The translations under genes and the position numbers were made by a program. From contig JAMQPJ010000216.1 in NCBI GenBank assembly GCA_023717585.1, forward strand, positions 1 to 40,311: a stretch of 40,311 bases of DNA, read 5' to 3'. Below are positions 8,265-16,095 of this stretch, piece by piece. This DNA comes from Thermoanaerobaculia bacterium (lineage in GTDB: Bacteria; Acidobacteriota; Thermoanaerobaculia; UBA5066). Every line of letters begins with the position of its first letter. Within the stretch, counting starts at the first letter, position 1. The notes below the pieces were generated by a model. It did no database searches and was not told where the DNA came from. It saw only the letters and a program-made list of their open reading frames with translations.

Positions 8265-9725
8265 ATGCCGATTCCCGCTACCGCCGCCGGCCTCGCCGAG
8301 GGGGTGCTCCAGCGCCGCGTTCCCGACGTCGCGCGTGCCATTTCGTGGGCCGAGAGCGGCGACGCCCGCTTTCCCGAGCTCCTCACCGCACTCTTCTCGA
8401 AGACCGGCCGCGCCCGCGTCACGGGTCTCACCGGATCGCCGGGAGCGGGCAAGTCGACGCTCACGGCCGCGCTCGCGCGGAAGGCCCGGGCGGCCGGGCG
8501 AAGGGTCGGTATCGTCGCCGTGGATCCCTCGTCGCCGTTCTCGGGAGGAGCGATTCTCGGCGACCGCATCCGGATGCAGGATCTCTACACGGATCCCGGG
8601 GTGCTCATCCGGTCGATGGCGACGCGCGGGAACCTCGGGGGCCTCGCGCGCGCGACGGCCGACGCCGTGGACGTGCTCGATGCCGCCGGCTACGACGACA
8701 TCCTCGTGGAGACGGTCGGCGTGGGCCAGGACGAGGTGGAGGTCTTCCGCCTCGCCGAGTCCTGCGTCGTCGTCCTGACGCCGGGGATGGGCGACGACAT
8801 CCAGGCCATCAAGGCGGGCCTCATGGAGGTCGCGGACCTCTTCGTCGTGAACAAGGCGGACCGCGACGGCGCCGACCGCGTCGTGCAGGAGATCCTCCAG
8901 ATGCTCGAGCTCGGGGAGCACGGCGCGTGGGTCCCTCCGATCCTGAAGACGGTCGCCACGACGGGCACCGGCATCGACGAGCTGATCGGAAAGCTGGAGG
9001 AGCACCGGAAGTTCCTGGATGGACCTCAGGGTGCGCGCAGGAAGAGCGAGCGAACGAGGATGCGGATCGAGGGGCTCATCAAAGAAGATTTTCTTAGAAG
9101 GGTAGAGAGCCTCAGGGGAGACAGCGGAGCGCTCGAAGCGGTCGCGGCGCGGGTGAACGCACGTATGGAAGACCCCTTGAGTGCCGCGCGCAGTCTGGTC
9201 GGCCGCATCGACCGTGGCTTCGCCGCCGCCGCCGAATCCCCCTCTTCACCTTCTAAGAAACTCCCCTTTTCGGAATTCCTTTCCAAAGAATCCCCCGTTC
9301 CGAAACCAGAAAATCTCGTTTCCCGTATCTCCCACCTCGGCATCGCCGTGAAATCGCTGGCCGAGGGAGGAGCGTTCTGGGACCTCCTCGGCCTCGTCGA
9401 GGAGCACCGCGAGGAGGTCGCGTCGCAGAAGGTCCTGACGTCGTTCCGGGCGGTCGGGGAGTCGCACCTGGAGCTTCTCGAATCGACGTCGCCCGACGGT
9501 CCGATCGCGAAGTCGATCGAGAAGCGCGGGCCGGGGATCCATCACCTGTGCGTCGAGGTGACGGACGTCCGCGCCGCGCTCGGGCGCCTGAAGGCCGCGG
9601 GCGTCCGGCTCGTGAACGAGGAGCCGTTCGACGGCGCTCACGACTGCCTCGTCGCGTTCGTCCACCCGTCCGCGACGGGCGGAATTCTCCTCGAGCTCTC
9701 GGAGAAGAAGGCGAAGGCGGACTGA
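8265..9725 (+). CDS. fusion: MeaB/ArgK G-protein chaperone + methylmalonyl-CoA epimerase (VOC fold)
   Basis: N-terminal part: GSPGAGKST P-loop, DPSSPFSGGAILGDR, ETVGVGQ, NKAD. C-terminal part from ~9318: ISHLGIAVKSL..., GPGIHHLCVEV, GILLELSE, typical of glyoxalase-fold epimerase. Low-complexity linker 9230-9317. Confidence 0.85.
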   Translation: MPIPATAAGLAEGVLQRRVPDVARAISWAESGDARFPELLTALFSKTGRARVTGLTGSPGAGKSTLTAALARKARAAGRRVGIVAVDPSSPFSGGAILGDRIRMQDLYTDPGVLIRSMATRGNLGGLARATADAVDVLDAAGYDDILVETVGVGQDEVEVFRLAESCVVVLTPGMGDDIQAIKAGLMEVADLFVVNKADRDGADRVVQEILQMLELGEHGAWVPPILKTVATTGTGIDELIGKLEEHRKFLDGPQGARRKSERTRMRIEGLIKEDFLRRVESLRGDSGALEAVAARVNARMEDPLSAARSLVGRIDRGFAAAAESPSSPSKKLPFSEFLSKESPVPKPENLVSRISHLGIAVKSLAEGGAFWDLLGLVEEHREEVASQKVLTSFRAVGESHLELLESTSPDGPIAKSIEKRGPGIHHLCVEVTDVRAALGRLKAAGVRLVNEEPFDGAHDCLVAFVHPSATGGILLELSEKKAKAD

Positions 9726-9751
9726 CCCGCCTCAGTTATGGCAGTGTTAAT

Positions 9752-10018
9752 ATGTCGGCCATGAAACAAGGCGCGTCCATGCGGCGCACGACCGTCATGC
9801 TTCCCGCCGATCTCCGGCGACGCGCGTTCCGCCGCGCAAAGGAGCAGGGCGTGTCTTTCGGCGTGGTCGTCCGCGATTCGCTGGACGCCGCGCTGCCCGC
9901 CCTGGAGGGAACCAGCGGCGACGACACGCTGTTCGCGGACGGCGCCGTCTGGCGGGCCCGCGCGCCCCGCGCCCTCGCCCGCGAGCACGACCGTTTCCTC
10001 TACGACTCCGAGCCGTGA
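9752..10018 (+). CDS. vapB: VapB-like antitoxin (ribbon-helix-helix type)
   Basis: ATG 9752 in ORF 9548..10018. RRTTVMLPADLRRRAFRRAKEQGVSFGVVVRDSL looks like an RHH strand plus helices. The stop overlaps the GTG of the downstream PIN gene (GTGA). Exact start uncertain (9752, 9761 or 9779). Confidence 0.7.
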   Translation: MSAMKQGASMRRTTVMLPADLRRRAFRRAKEQGVSFGVVVRDSLDAALPALEGTSGDDTLFADGAVWRARAPRALAREHDRFLYDSEP

Positions 10019-10446
10019 TCTTCGTCGACACCGGCGCGTTCCTGGCGCGGTACGTCGAGGGCGACCAATATCACCGGGCCGCGGTTCGCGCGTGGAAACG
10101 TCTGGAGCGCTCGCCAGGGGCTCTCTTCACGTCCAGCTTCGTCGTGGACGAGACCCTCACGCTTCTCGGGCGGCGGACGACGTACGCGTTCGCGGCAGCG
10201 CGGGCCGACGCGCTGTACGCGTCGCGTGTGCTGACGATTCTCCGGCCGGACGCGGCGGACGAGTCCGCCGCCGTCGAGCTGCTCCGGAAGTTCGCGGACC
10301 AGAAGGTGAGCTTCACCGATTGTGTCTCGTTCGCCCTCATGCGCCGCCACACGCTGAAGAAGGCGTTCACGTTCGACCGCCATTTCGCGGTCGCGGGATT
10401 CGAGGTCTGGCCGGCTACCGGGCCCGAGGCCCGGTCAGGGCGGTGA
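10015..10446 (+). CDS. vapC: PIN-domain toxin VapC
   Basis: MIFVDTGAFLA (first acidic residue), VVDET, and FTDCVSFALM...FTFDRHF, the typical PIN acidic quartet context. 4-nt overlap with the antitoxin. Confidence 0.85.
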   Translation: MIFVDTGAFLARYVEGDQYHRAAVRAWKRLERSPGALFTSSFVVDETLTLLGRRTTYAFAAARADALYASRVLTILRPDAADESAAVELLRKFADQKVSFTDCVSFALMRRHTLKKAFTFDRHFAVAGFEVWPATGPEARSGR

Positions 10447-10493
10447 GGCTGTCGACGTGAGGGGATCGTGATCTCGTTCAGGGGAGGGAAGCC

Positions 10494-10829
10494 CTAGTTC
10501 GGGCTGCCGGCGTCGCCGGCGGGCTGCCGGGGCCCGAGAAAAGCGCGCACGTCGCATCCCACGATCTCGTAGAAGCGCTCGGCATAACTCGAGACGCTGC
10601 CGACGCGCGCGTCTTCGAAGAGCTTCTCGATGCGGTGCAGCGGCACGAAGAGCGTCGAGACGCCCAGCTCGGCCTCGGCTCCCGGCCTCTGCTGCCGGGC
10701 CCAGTCGTCGAAGAGATCGAGCTCGAGGCCGCGCAACGTCATTCCCGCGGGTCCGAGCGCGAGAAGGACGCCCCAGTACTTCTCCTTGGGCTGGACGAGA
10801 TGGACGAGGACGAGGGTGCCGGCGTCCAT
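10494..10829 (-). CDS. hypothetical protein (111 aa)
   Basis: Clean ORF with ATG start, 7 nt downstream of the co-directional secreted-protein gene. No family recognised. Confidence 0.55.
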   Translation of the reverse strand: MDAGTLVLVHLVQPKEKYWGVLLALGPAGMTLRGLELDLFDDWARQQRPGAEAELGVSTLFVPLHRIEKLFEDARVGSVSSYAERFYEIVGCDVRAFLGPRQPAGDAGSPN

Positions 10830-10836
10830 CCGGCCC

Positions 10837-11628
10837 TCAGAAGATCACGCGTGTCACGAAGTACTTCGCCGGGGAGATGCGCCCGTTGAGGAGCGCGTCC
10901 GCGTCGTCGGGGGTGACGTCGAAGCGCGCGGCCGACTCGCCGCCGGCGGTTGCGAGGACAACTTCGACCTTCTCGAGCGGCTTGCCCGCCGCGCGGGACT
11001 CCTTCAGGCCGCGCGCCGAGGCCATGAGCGCGAGAAAAACCTGCTGCTCACTGTCCGTCACGGCCTGCACGCGCAAGGCGGACGGAAGATTCGCGAGCTT
11101 GACGCCCTTCACATTGCTCCCGTCGAGCGCGCGCATGAAGGCATCGCTGACGACCGGGTCGAGGACGACCGGCGGCGCCTCGACGGCCCTGCTGGCCGCC
11201 CGGGGGGGGCGAGTCTGCCGTTCGGTCACGAGCTCTCCGAGCCGCGGCTCCGGGCGGTCGGGATCCGGCTGCCGGCCGTGTGTCTTGATGTAGTCCGAAA
11301 GGGACGGCTTCTTCGCCTCGGGGTTCGGCAGCGTCGAGGTGCCGCGGGTTCCGCTCGGATCGTCGAGCACGTAGGCGCCGCCGAGGCCTTCCCGGTTCGC
11401 CTTTTCGCTGCGCGCCTGATCCCATTCGTCGAGCGCGATCGTCTGGGACGTCCCGAGGGGGGTCATGTAGACGACACGCCGGCCCTGGACGACGGGCTTT
11501 TCGCGCGCCTCGATCCGCGCGCCGTCCCGCGTGTAGATGACGTACGTCGCATCCGCCGGGACGGCCGAGAAGACGGCGAGGGCGAGAGCGGCCGCCGACA
11601 GGAGGGGGGTGCGTGAGACTGTGGACAT
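10837..11628 (-). CDS. secreted hypothetical protein
   Basis: Internal Met (11628) of ORF 10837..12606. MSTVSRTPLLSAAALALAVFSAVPADA signal peptide. The upstream part of the long ORF is antisense to aroF. Confidence 0.7.
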   Translation of the reverse strand: MSTVSRTPLLSAAALALAVFSAVPADATYVIYTRDGARIEAREKPVVQGRRVVYMTPLGTSQTIALDEWDQARSEKANREGLGGAYVLDDPSGTRGTSTLPNPEAKKPSLSDYIKTHGRQPDPDRPEPRLGELVTERQTRPPRAASRAVEAPPVVLDPVVSDAFMRALDGSNVKGVKLANLPSALRVQAVTDSEQQVFLALMASARGLKESRAAGKPLEKVEVVLATAGGESAARFDVTPDDADALLNGRISPAKYFVTRVIF

Positions 11629-11706
11629 CGGGACCTCCGGGAGCCGTCGACGGGGAAGTCGCGGCGGAATGAAGTATAAACGTCGCCGGAAAGAGCAGGC
11701 GGAATC

Positions 11707-12720
11707 GTGCTGATCGTCATGGACCGGAGCGCCACGAGCGCGGAAGTCGAAAGGGTCGTCGCGGCGGCCGAACGCCTCGGTCTCAAGGCTCACCCGATTC
11801 CGGGCGCCCAGCGCACGGCGGTCGGCATCACCGGTAACAAGGGGGCAGTCGGACCCGGTGCCTTCGAGGCCCTGCCGGGCGTCCTCGAGGTCCTCAGCGT
11901 CTCGCATCCCTACAAGCTCGTGTCGCGCGAGTTTCATCCCGAAGACACGATCGTGTCGGTCGGAGGCGTTCTCGTGGGCGGCACGCGCGTCGTGGTCATC
12001 GCCGGCCCCTGCGCGGTCGAGTCGCTGGAGCAGACGCTCACGATCGCGAGGGAAGTGAAGGCGCGCGGCGCGGACGTGCTGCGCGGCGGCGCCTACAAGC
12101 CGCGCACCTCGCCGTACGCCTTTCAGGGCCTCGGAGAGGAGGGCCTGAAGATCCTCGCGGCCGCGCGAGAGGCCACGGGGCTTCCGGTCGTCACGGAAGT
12201 TCTCGACACCGCGCACGTCGAAATCGTGGCTCATTACGCGGACTGCCTCCAGATCGGCGCCCGCAACATGCAGAACTTCGAGCTCCTGAAGAAAGCCGGG
12301 AAGACGGGGAAGCCCATCCTCCTGAAGCGCGGCATGTCGGCCACCCTGGAAGAGTTCCTGCTCGCGGCCGAATACGTTCTCGCCGAGAACAACCCGGGCG
12401 TGATTCTCTGCGAACGCGGCATCCGCACCTTCACCGACTTCACGCGCAACACACTCGACCTGTCGGTCGTTCCCGCCGTCGAGCGCATCTCGCACCTGCC
12501 GATCGTCGTCGATCCGTCGCATGGCACGGGCCGCCGCGAGAAGGTCCTGCCCATGTCGCGCGCGTCCGTCGCCGCCGGCGCCGACGGCATCTCGGTCGAG
12601 GTCCACAACAGGCCCGCCGAGGCGCTCTCGGATGGTCCGCAGGCGCTCACGCCCGACATGTTCGGCGAGCTGATGGATCAGGTCCGCGCCATCGCCGCGG
12701 CGGTCGGGAGAACGACATGA
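11707..12720 (+). CDS. aroF: 3-deoxy-7-phosphoheptulonate (DAHP) synthase, type I-beta with N-terminal regulatory domain
   Basis: GPCAVES, YKPRTSPY, IGARNMQNF, CERGIRTF, VDPSH motifs of the KDO8P/DAHP I-beta family. ~70-aa ferredoxin-like N-terminal extension. GTG start. Confidence 0.9.
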   Translation: MLIVMDRSATSAEVERVVAAAERLGLKAHPIPGAQRTAVGITGNKGAVGPGAFEALPGVLEVLSVSHPYKLVSREFHPEDTIVSVGGVLVGGTRVVVIAGPCAVESLEQTLTIAREVKARGADVLRGGAYKPRTSPYAFQGLGEEGLKILAAAREATGLPVVTEVLDTAHVEIVAHYADCLQIGARNMQNFELLKKAGKTGKPILLKRGMSATLEEFLLAAEYVLAENNPGVILCERGIRTFTDFTRNTLDLSVVPAVERISHLPIVVDPSHGTGRREKVLPMSRASVAAGADGISVEVHNRPAEALSDGPQALTPDMFGELMDQVRAIAAAVGRTT

Positions 12721-13832
12721 GCGGCGCCAGCCCGGGCGCGGTCCTCGTCCTCGAAGACGGCCGGCGCTTCCCCGGGCGGGCGGTCGGGGCGAGAGGAACG
12801 ACCTTCGGCGAAGTCGTGTTCAACACGGGGCTGACGGGCTATCAGGAGACGCTGACCGATCCGTCCTATTGCGGGCAGATCGTCGTCATGACCGCCGCGC
12901 ACATCGGCAATTACGGCCTCAATGGCGTGGACATCGAGTCCTCGCGGATCCAGGTCGCGGGTTTTGCCGCGCGCCACTTTCCCGACCGTTTCTCGAACCA
13001 GCGGGGCCTGGAGGCGATCGGCGAGGGACTTCGCCGGGGCGGTGTCGTGGGAATCGACGGGCTCGACGCGCGCGCCCTCGTGCGGCACCTCCGGACCCGC
13101 GGCGTCATGCGGGGGGCGATCTCCACGGAGGCGGCGTCCGAGGCCGATGCGGGCGCGCTCGTGGAGAAGGTCAAGGAGCAGCCGACGATGGCCGGCGCCG
13201 CTCTCGCCCTCACTGTCGGAACCACACGGCGCTTCGTCTTTCCGCTTCCCGCCGGCGTCGAGCGGAAGGCGCGCGTCGCCGCGGTCGATTACGGCATCAA
13301 GACGAACATCCTCCGGATGCTCGCCGCCCGCGGCCTCGAGCCCGAGGTCTTCCCGGCGACCGCGACGGCCGAGGAACTCCTCGCGGGCGGGTTCGACGGG
13401 TACTTCCTGTCGAACGGGCCGGGCGATCCCGACGCGCTGCCGGGATGCGTCGCGACGGTGAAGCGGCTCGTCGAGTCGGGCAGGCCGGTGTTCGGCATCT
13501 GCCTCGGGCAGCAGCTCCTCGGCCTCGCGATCTCGGGCACGACGTACAAGCTCAAGTTCGGCCACCGGGGCGCGAACCACCCCGTGAAGAACCTCAGGAC
13601 GGGCCACGTCGCGATCACGTCTCAGAACCATGGCTTCGCCGTGGCGGCCGACTCGCTGCCGAAGAACGCCGAAGTCACGCACGTGAACCTCAACGACGGC
13701 ACATGCGAAGGCTTCCGGCTCACGGACAGGCCCGTCTTCGCGGTGCAGTACCACCCGGAGTCCGCCCCCGGCCCGCACGACTCGGACACGCTCTTCGACG
13801 AGTTCGTCGGCCTCGCGGCCCCGCGCATCTAG
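12717..13832 (+). CDS. carA: carbamoyl-phosphate synthase small (glutaminase) subunit
   Basis: FNTGLTGYQETLTDPSY N-domain. GATase triad context GICLGQQLL, HGFAV, QYHPES. ATGA overlap with aroF. No carB follows. Confidence 0.95.
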   Translation: MSGASPGAVLVLEDGRRFPGRAVGARGTTFGEVVFNTGLTGYQETLTDPSYCGQIVVMTAAHIGNYGLNGVDIESSRIQVAGFAARHFPDRFSNQRGLEAIGEGLRRGGVVGIDGLDARALVRHLRTRGVMRGAISTEAASEADAGALVEKVKEQPTMAGAALALTVGTTRRFVFPLPAGVERKARVAAVDYGIKTNILRMLAARGLEPEVFPATATAEELLAGGFDGYFLSNGPGDPDALPGCVATVKRLVESGRPVFGICLGQQLLGLAISGTTYKLKFGHRGANHPVKNLRTGHVAITSQNHGFAVAADSLPKNAEVTHVNLNDGTCEGFRLTDRPVFAVQYHPESAPGPHDSDTLFDEFVGLAAPRI

Positions 13833-13899
13833 TTCGAACGCCGCTTCGAGAGGTCTCTTTTTTTCGAGGAACGGGATTCTCATTTCCACAGGAGGGCCC

Positions 13900-14763
13900 A
13901 TGAAGACAGGAATCCCCGTGTGTCTCGCAGGTATCGTCCTCGCCGCCGGAGCCGTGGCCTTGGCGCCGCGCGCCCTCGCCGCCGAAGGCAAGGCTGAGGG
14001 CACGCTCACCGTCAACGGCACCACGACGAAGCTCTCGTACGCGTACGCGCGCGCCGTGAAGGGCTTCTTCGACGAGAAGAAGGAGGACGTCGAGGTCGTC
14101 CTGAGCGACGTGCCGCTCGAGGCCAAGGCTCTCGAGGACCAGTTCGAACGCATGCGCATGGCGGACGCGGGCAAGCTCCACGCCTTCGAGATCAGGCTCG
14201 ACGCCGAAGGCAAGCCGATCTCCACGTCGTTCCGGGACAACGGCTTCAAGAAGGCGAGCCCGAGCGGCCTCTCCAGCGAGGACGTGTTCACGAAGAAGGT
14301 CTTTGACGGCAAGACCGTCGAGGGGAGCTACAGGAGCGCGAAAGAGAAGGAGTTCTTCGGGGAAATCTACGCCTTCGACGTGGCGTTCCGGGCGGACATC
14401 ACGCACGCGCCGAAGGTCGTGCCGCCCACCGCGGCCGAGACGGCGGCCGCCCGGAAGAGCCCGCAGGCGAAGGTCTACGCGGATTTCCTCAGGGCCATGC
14501 AGAAGGAGGACCTCGGGGCGCTCCGGAAGCTCTTCACGGTGGAGCAGGGGAAGAACCTCGACGATCCGGACGCGAAGAAGATGGTGAAGATGATCAAGAT
14601 GATGACTGCGACGGACATCCAGGTCCTCAAAGTCGTCGAGACGGGCGACAAGGCCGACCTCACCGTCACGGGCAAACAGGACGGCAACGTCACGAACGGC
14701 ATCGTCCACATGGTCAAAGAGGGCGGCTCGTGGAAGGTGCAGCGCGAGGAGTGGAAGAACTGA
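13900..14763 (+). CDS. secreted hypothetical protein
   Basis: Signal peptide MKTGIPVCLAGIVLAAGAVALAPRALAA, GGAGG RBS, 287 aa. No family recognised. Confidence 0.7.
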   Translation: MKTGIPVCLAGIVLAAGAVALAPRALAAEGKAEGTLTVNGTTTKLSYAYARAVKGFFDEKKEDVEVVLSDVPLEAKALEDQFERMRMADAGKLHAFEIRLDAEGKPISTSFRDNGFKKASPSGLSSEDVFTKKVFDGKTVEGSYRSAKEKEFFGEIYAFDVAFRADITHAPKVVPPTAAETAAARKSPQAKVYADFLRAMQKEDLGALRKLFTVEQGKNLDDPDAKKMVKMIKMMTATDIQVLKVVETGDKADLTVTGKQDGNVTNGIVHMVKEGGSWKVQREEWKN

Positions 14764-15992
14764 ACGTCCCCGCCTTCCTCGCGAAGCGGTTCCTGCTCGG
14801 CAGCCGGCGCGGGCTGCCGAAGACGGTTTCGCTCCTCGCCCTCTTCGGCGTCGCGCTCGGGGCGGCCTCGCTCGTCGTCGCGATGGGCCTCATGTCGGGC
14901 TACCGGCACGAGCTCGCCGAGAAGCTCGCGGGGACGAGCGCGGAAGTGATCGCCATGCCCGTGCCCGGCGCGAACGTGGAAGAGCAGCGTTCGGCGCTGC
15001 GCGCCCTTCCGAACGTGGCCGCCGTCGCCCGCACGGCGTTCGCTCCGGCGCTTCTGCTTTCGTCACGAGCTCCCGAGGGCGTCGACGCCCTCGTGAAGGC
15101 GCTCGAGCTGCCCGACGGCCTCACGACCACGAGGCTCCTCGGCGCCGTGCCCGGCCTCGCGAAGTCGTTCGGCGAGCTCGAGGCCAAGGGCGTGACGCCC
15201 GTCCTTCTCGGGGCGGGCCTCGCGAAGCGGCTCGGCGCTTCCCCGGGAGGAACGATCGTCCTCGAAACCTCGTCCGCCGCGCTCGCGGCCGGGCTCGCCG
15301 TGGCGGCGCGCACGCCCGTGACGGTCGCCGCGGTCGTCGAGACGGGCTTCTCCGAGGTGGACGACGGGTGGGTGGTGGTTCCGCTGGTCGTCTTCGAGAG
15401 GCTCGCGCCCCCGGGCGCCAGGCAGGGCGTCTGGGAAATGAAGCTCGTGAAGGCGTCCGCATCGGCGGAGACCGTCGCCGCGGCGCGAAAGCTCCTCGGC
15501 GAAAGCGCGACCGTGCTCGACTGGAAGGTCCTGAACCGCGACCTCTTCGAGGCGCTCGCCGTCCAGCAAACGCTCCTCTTCATCGTCCTGACGCTCATCG
15601 TGGCCGTGGCCGCGGGCACGGTCGTGTCGTCGCTCGTCGTCCTGCTCGCCGAAAAGACGCGGGACGTGGGGGTCCTCGCGGCGCTCGGAGCGTCGCCTGC
15701 GCTCGTGGCCCGCACGTTTCGCCTCTCGGGGATACTCCTCGGCGGGAGCGGCCTCGTCCTCGGCACTCTCTTCGGGCTCGCCGTGTGTTTTCTCCTCACG
15801 GTTTTCCGCGTCGTGCGCTTTCCCCCCGAGATCGCGAAGGTCTACTACCTCACGTGGATGCCGTTCCGGCCCGAGCCTCTTCACGTGCTCGGGATCCTCG
15901 CCGTCGGCCTCCTCCTCGTCCTCGGCGCGTCGGCGCTTCCCGCGCGCCGGGCCGCGCGGATGGATCCGGCGGAAGCCTTGCGCTACGAGTAG
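14730..15992 (+). CDS. LolC/LolE-type (FtsX-like) ABC transporter permease
   Basis: LAKRFLLGSRRG...VSLLALFGVALGAASLVVAMGLMSGY N-terminal TM, periplasmic MacB-like domain, and C-terminal FtsX TM bundle. Start uncertain (ATG 14730 overlaps the upstream gene; CTG 14760 is an alternative). No ATPase partner adjacent. Confidence 0.8.
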   Translation: MEGAARGVEELNVPAFLAKRFLLGSRRGLPKTVSLLALFGVALGAASLVVAMGLMSGYRHELAEKLAGTSAEVIAMPVPGANVEEQRSALRALPNVAAVARTAFAPALLLSSRAPEGVDALVKALELPDGLTTTRLLGAVPGLAKSFGELEAKGVTPVLLGAGLAKRLGASPGGTIVLETSSAALAAGLAVAARTPVTVAAVVETGFSEVDDGWVVVPLVVFERLAPPGARQGVWEMKLVKASASAETVAAARKLLGESATVLDWKVLNRDLFEALAVQQTLLFIVLTLIVAVAAGTVVSSLVVLLAEKTRDVGVLAALGASPALVARTFRLSGILLGGSGLVLGTLFGLAVCFLLTVFRVVRFPPEIAKVYYLTWMPFRPEPLHVLGILAVGLLLVLGASALPARRAARMDPAEALRYE

Positions 15993-16095
15993 CTGACGGG
16001 GATTCTGTCCTTGTTGGAGTAAGGACATGTCGAAGGTCACTACGGGGTCGGTCCTCGCGGTGAACCCGTTTCTCCGGGCGTAGACTTCCGCCTTC

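Noticed and set aside
6047-8778. Very long ORFs 6047..8569 (-, 840 aa) and 6583..8778 (+, 731 aa) overlapping the sigma-54 activator and meaB
   Set aside because: The translations are Arg/Pro/Gly/Ala-rich low-complexity strings with no motifs. They sit in alternate or antisense frames of genes with unmistakable motifs. This is the typical open-frame artefact of high-GC DNA.
13844-13864. T7 run after carA as an intrinsic terminator
   Set aside because: The sequence preceding the T-run (cttcgagaggtctc) forms only a 4-bp GAGA/TCTC pairing with a 2-nt loop, and TTCGAG recurs as a direct rather than inverted repeat. There is no stable stem.
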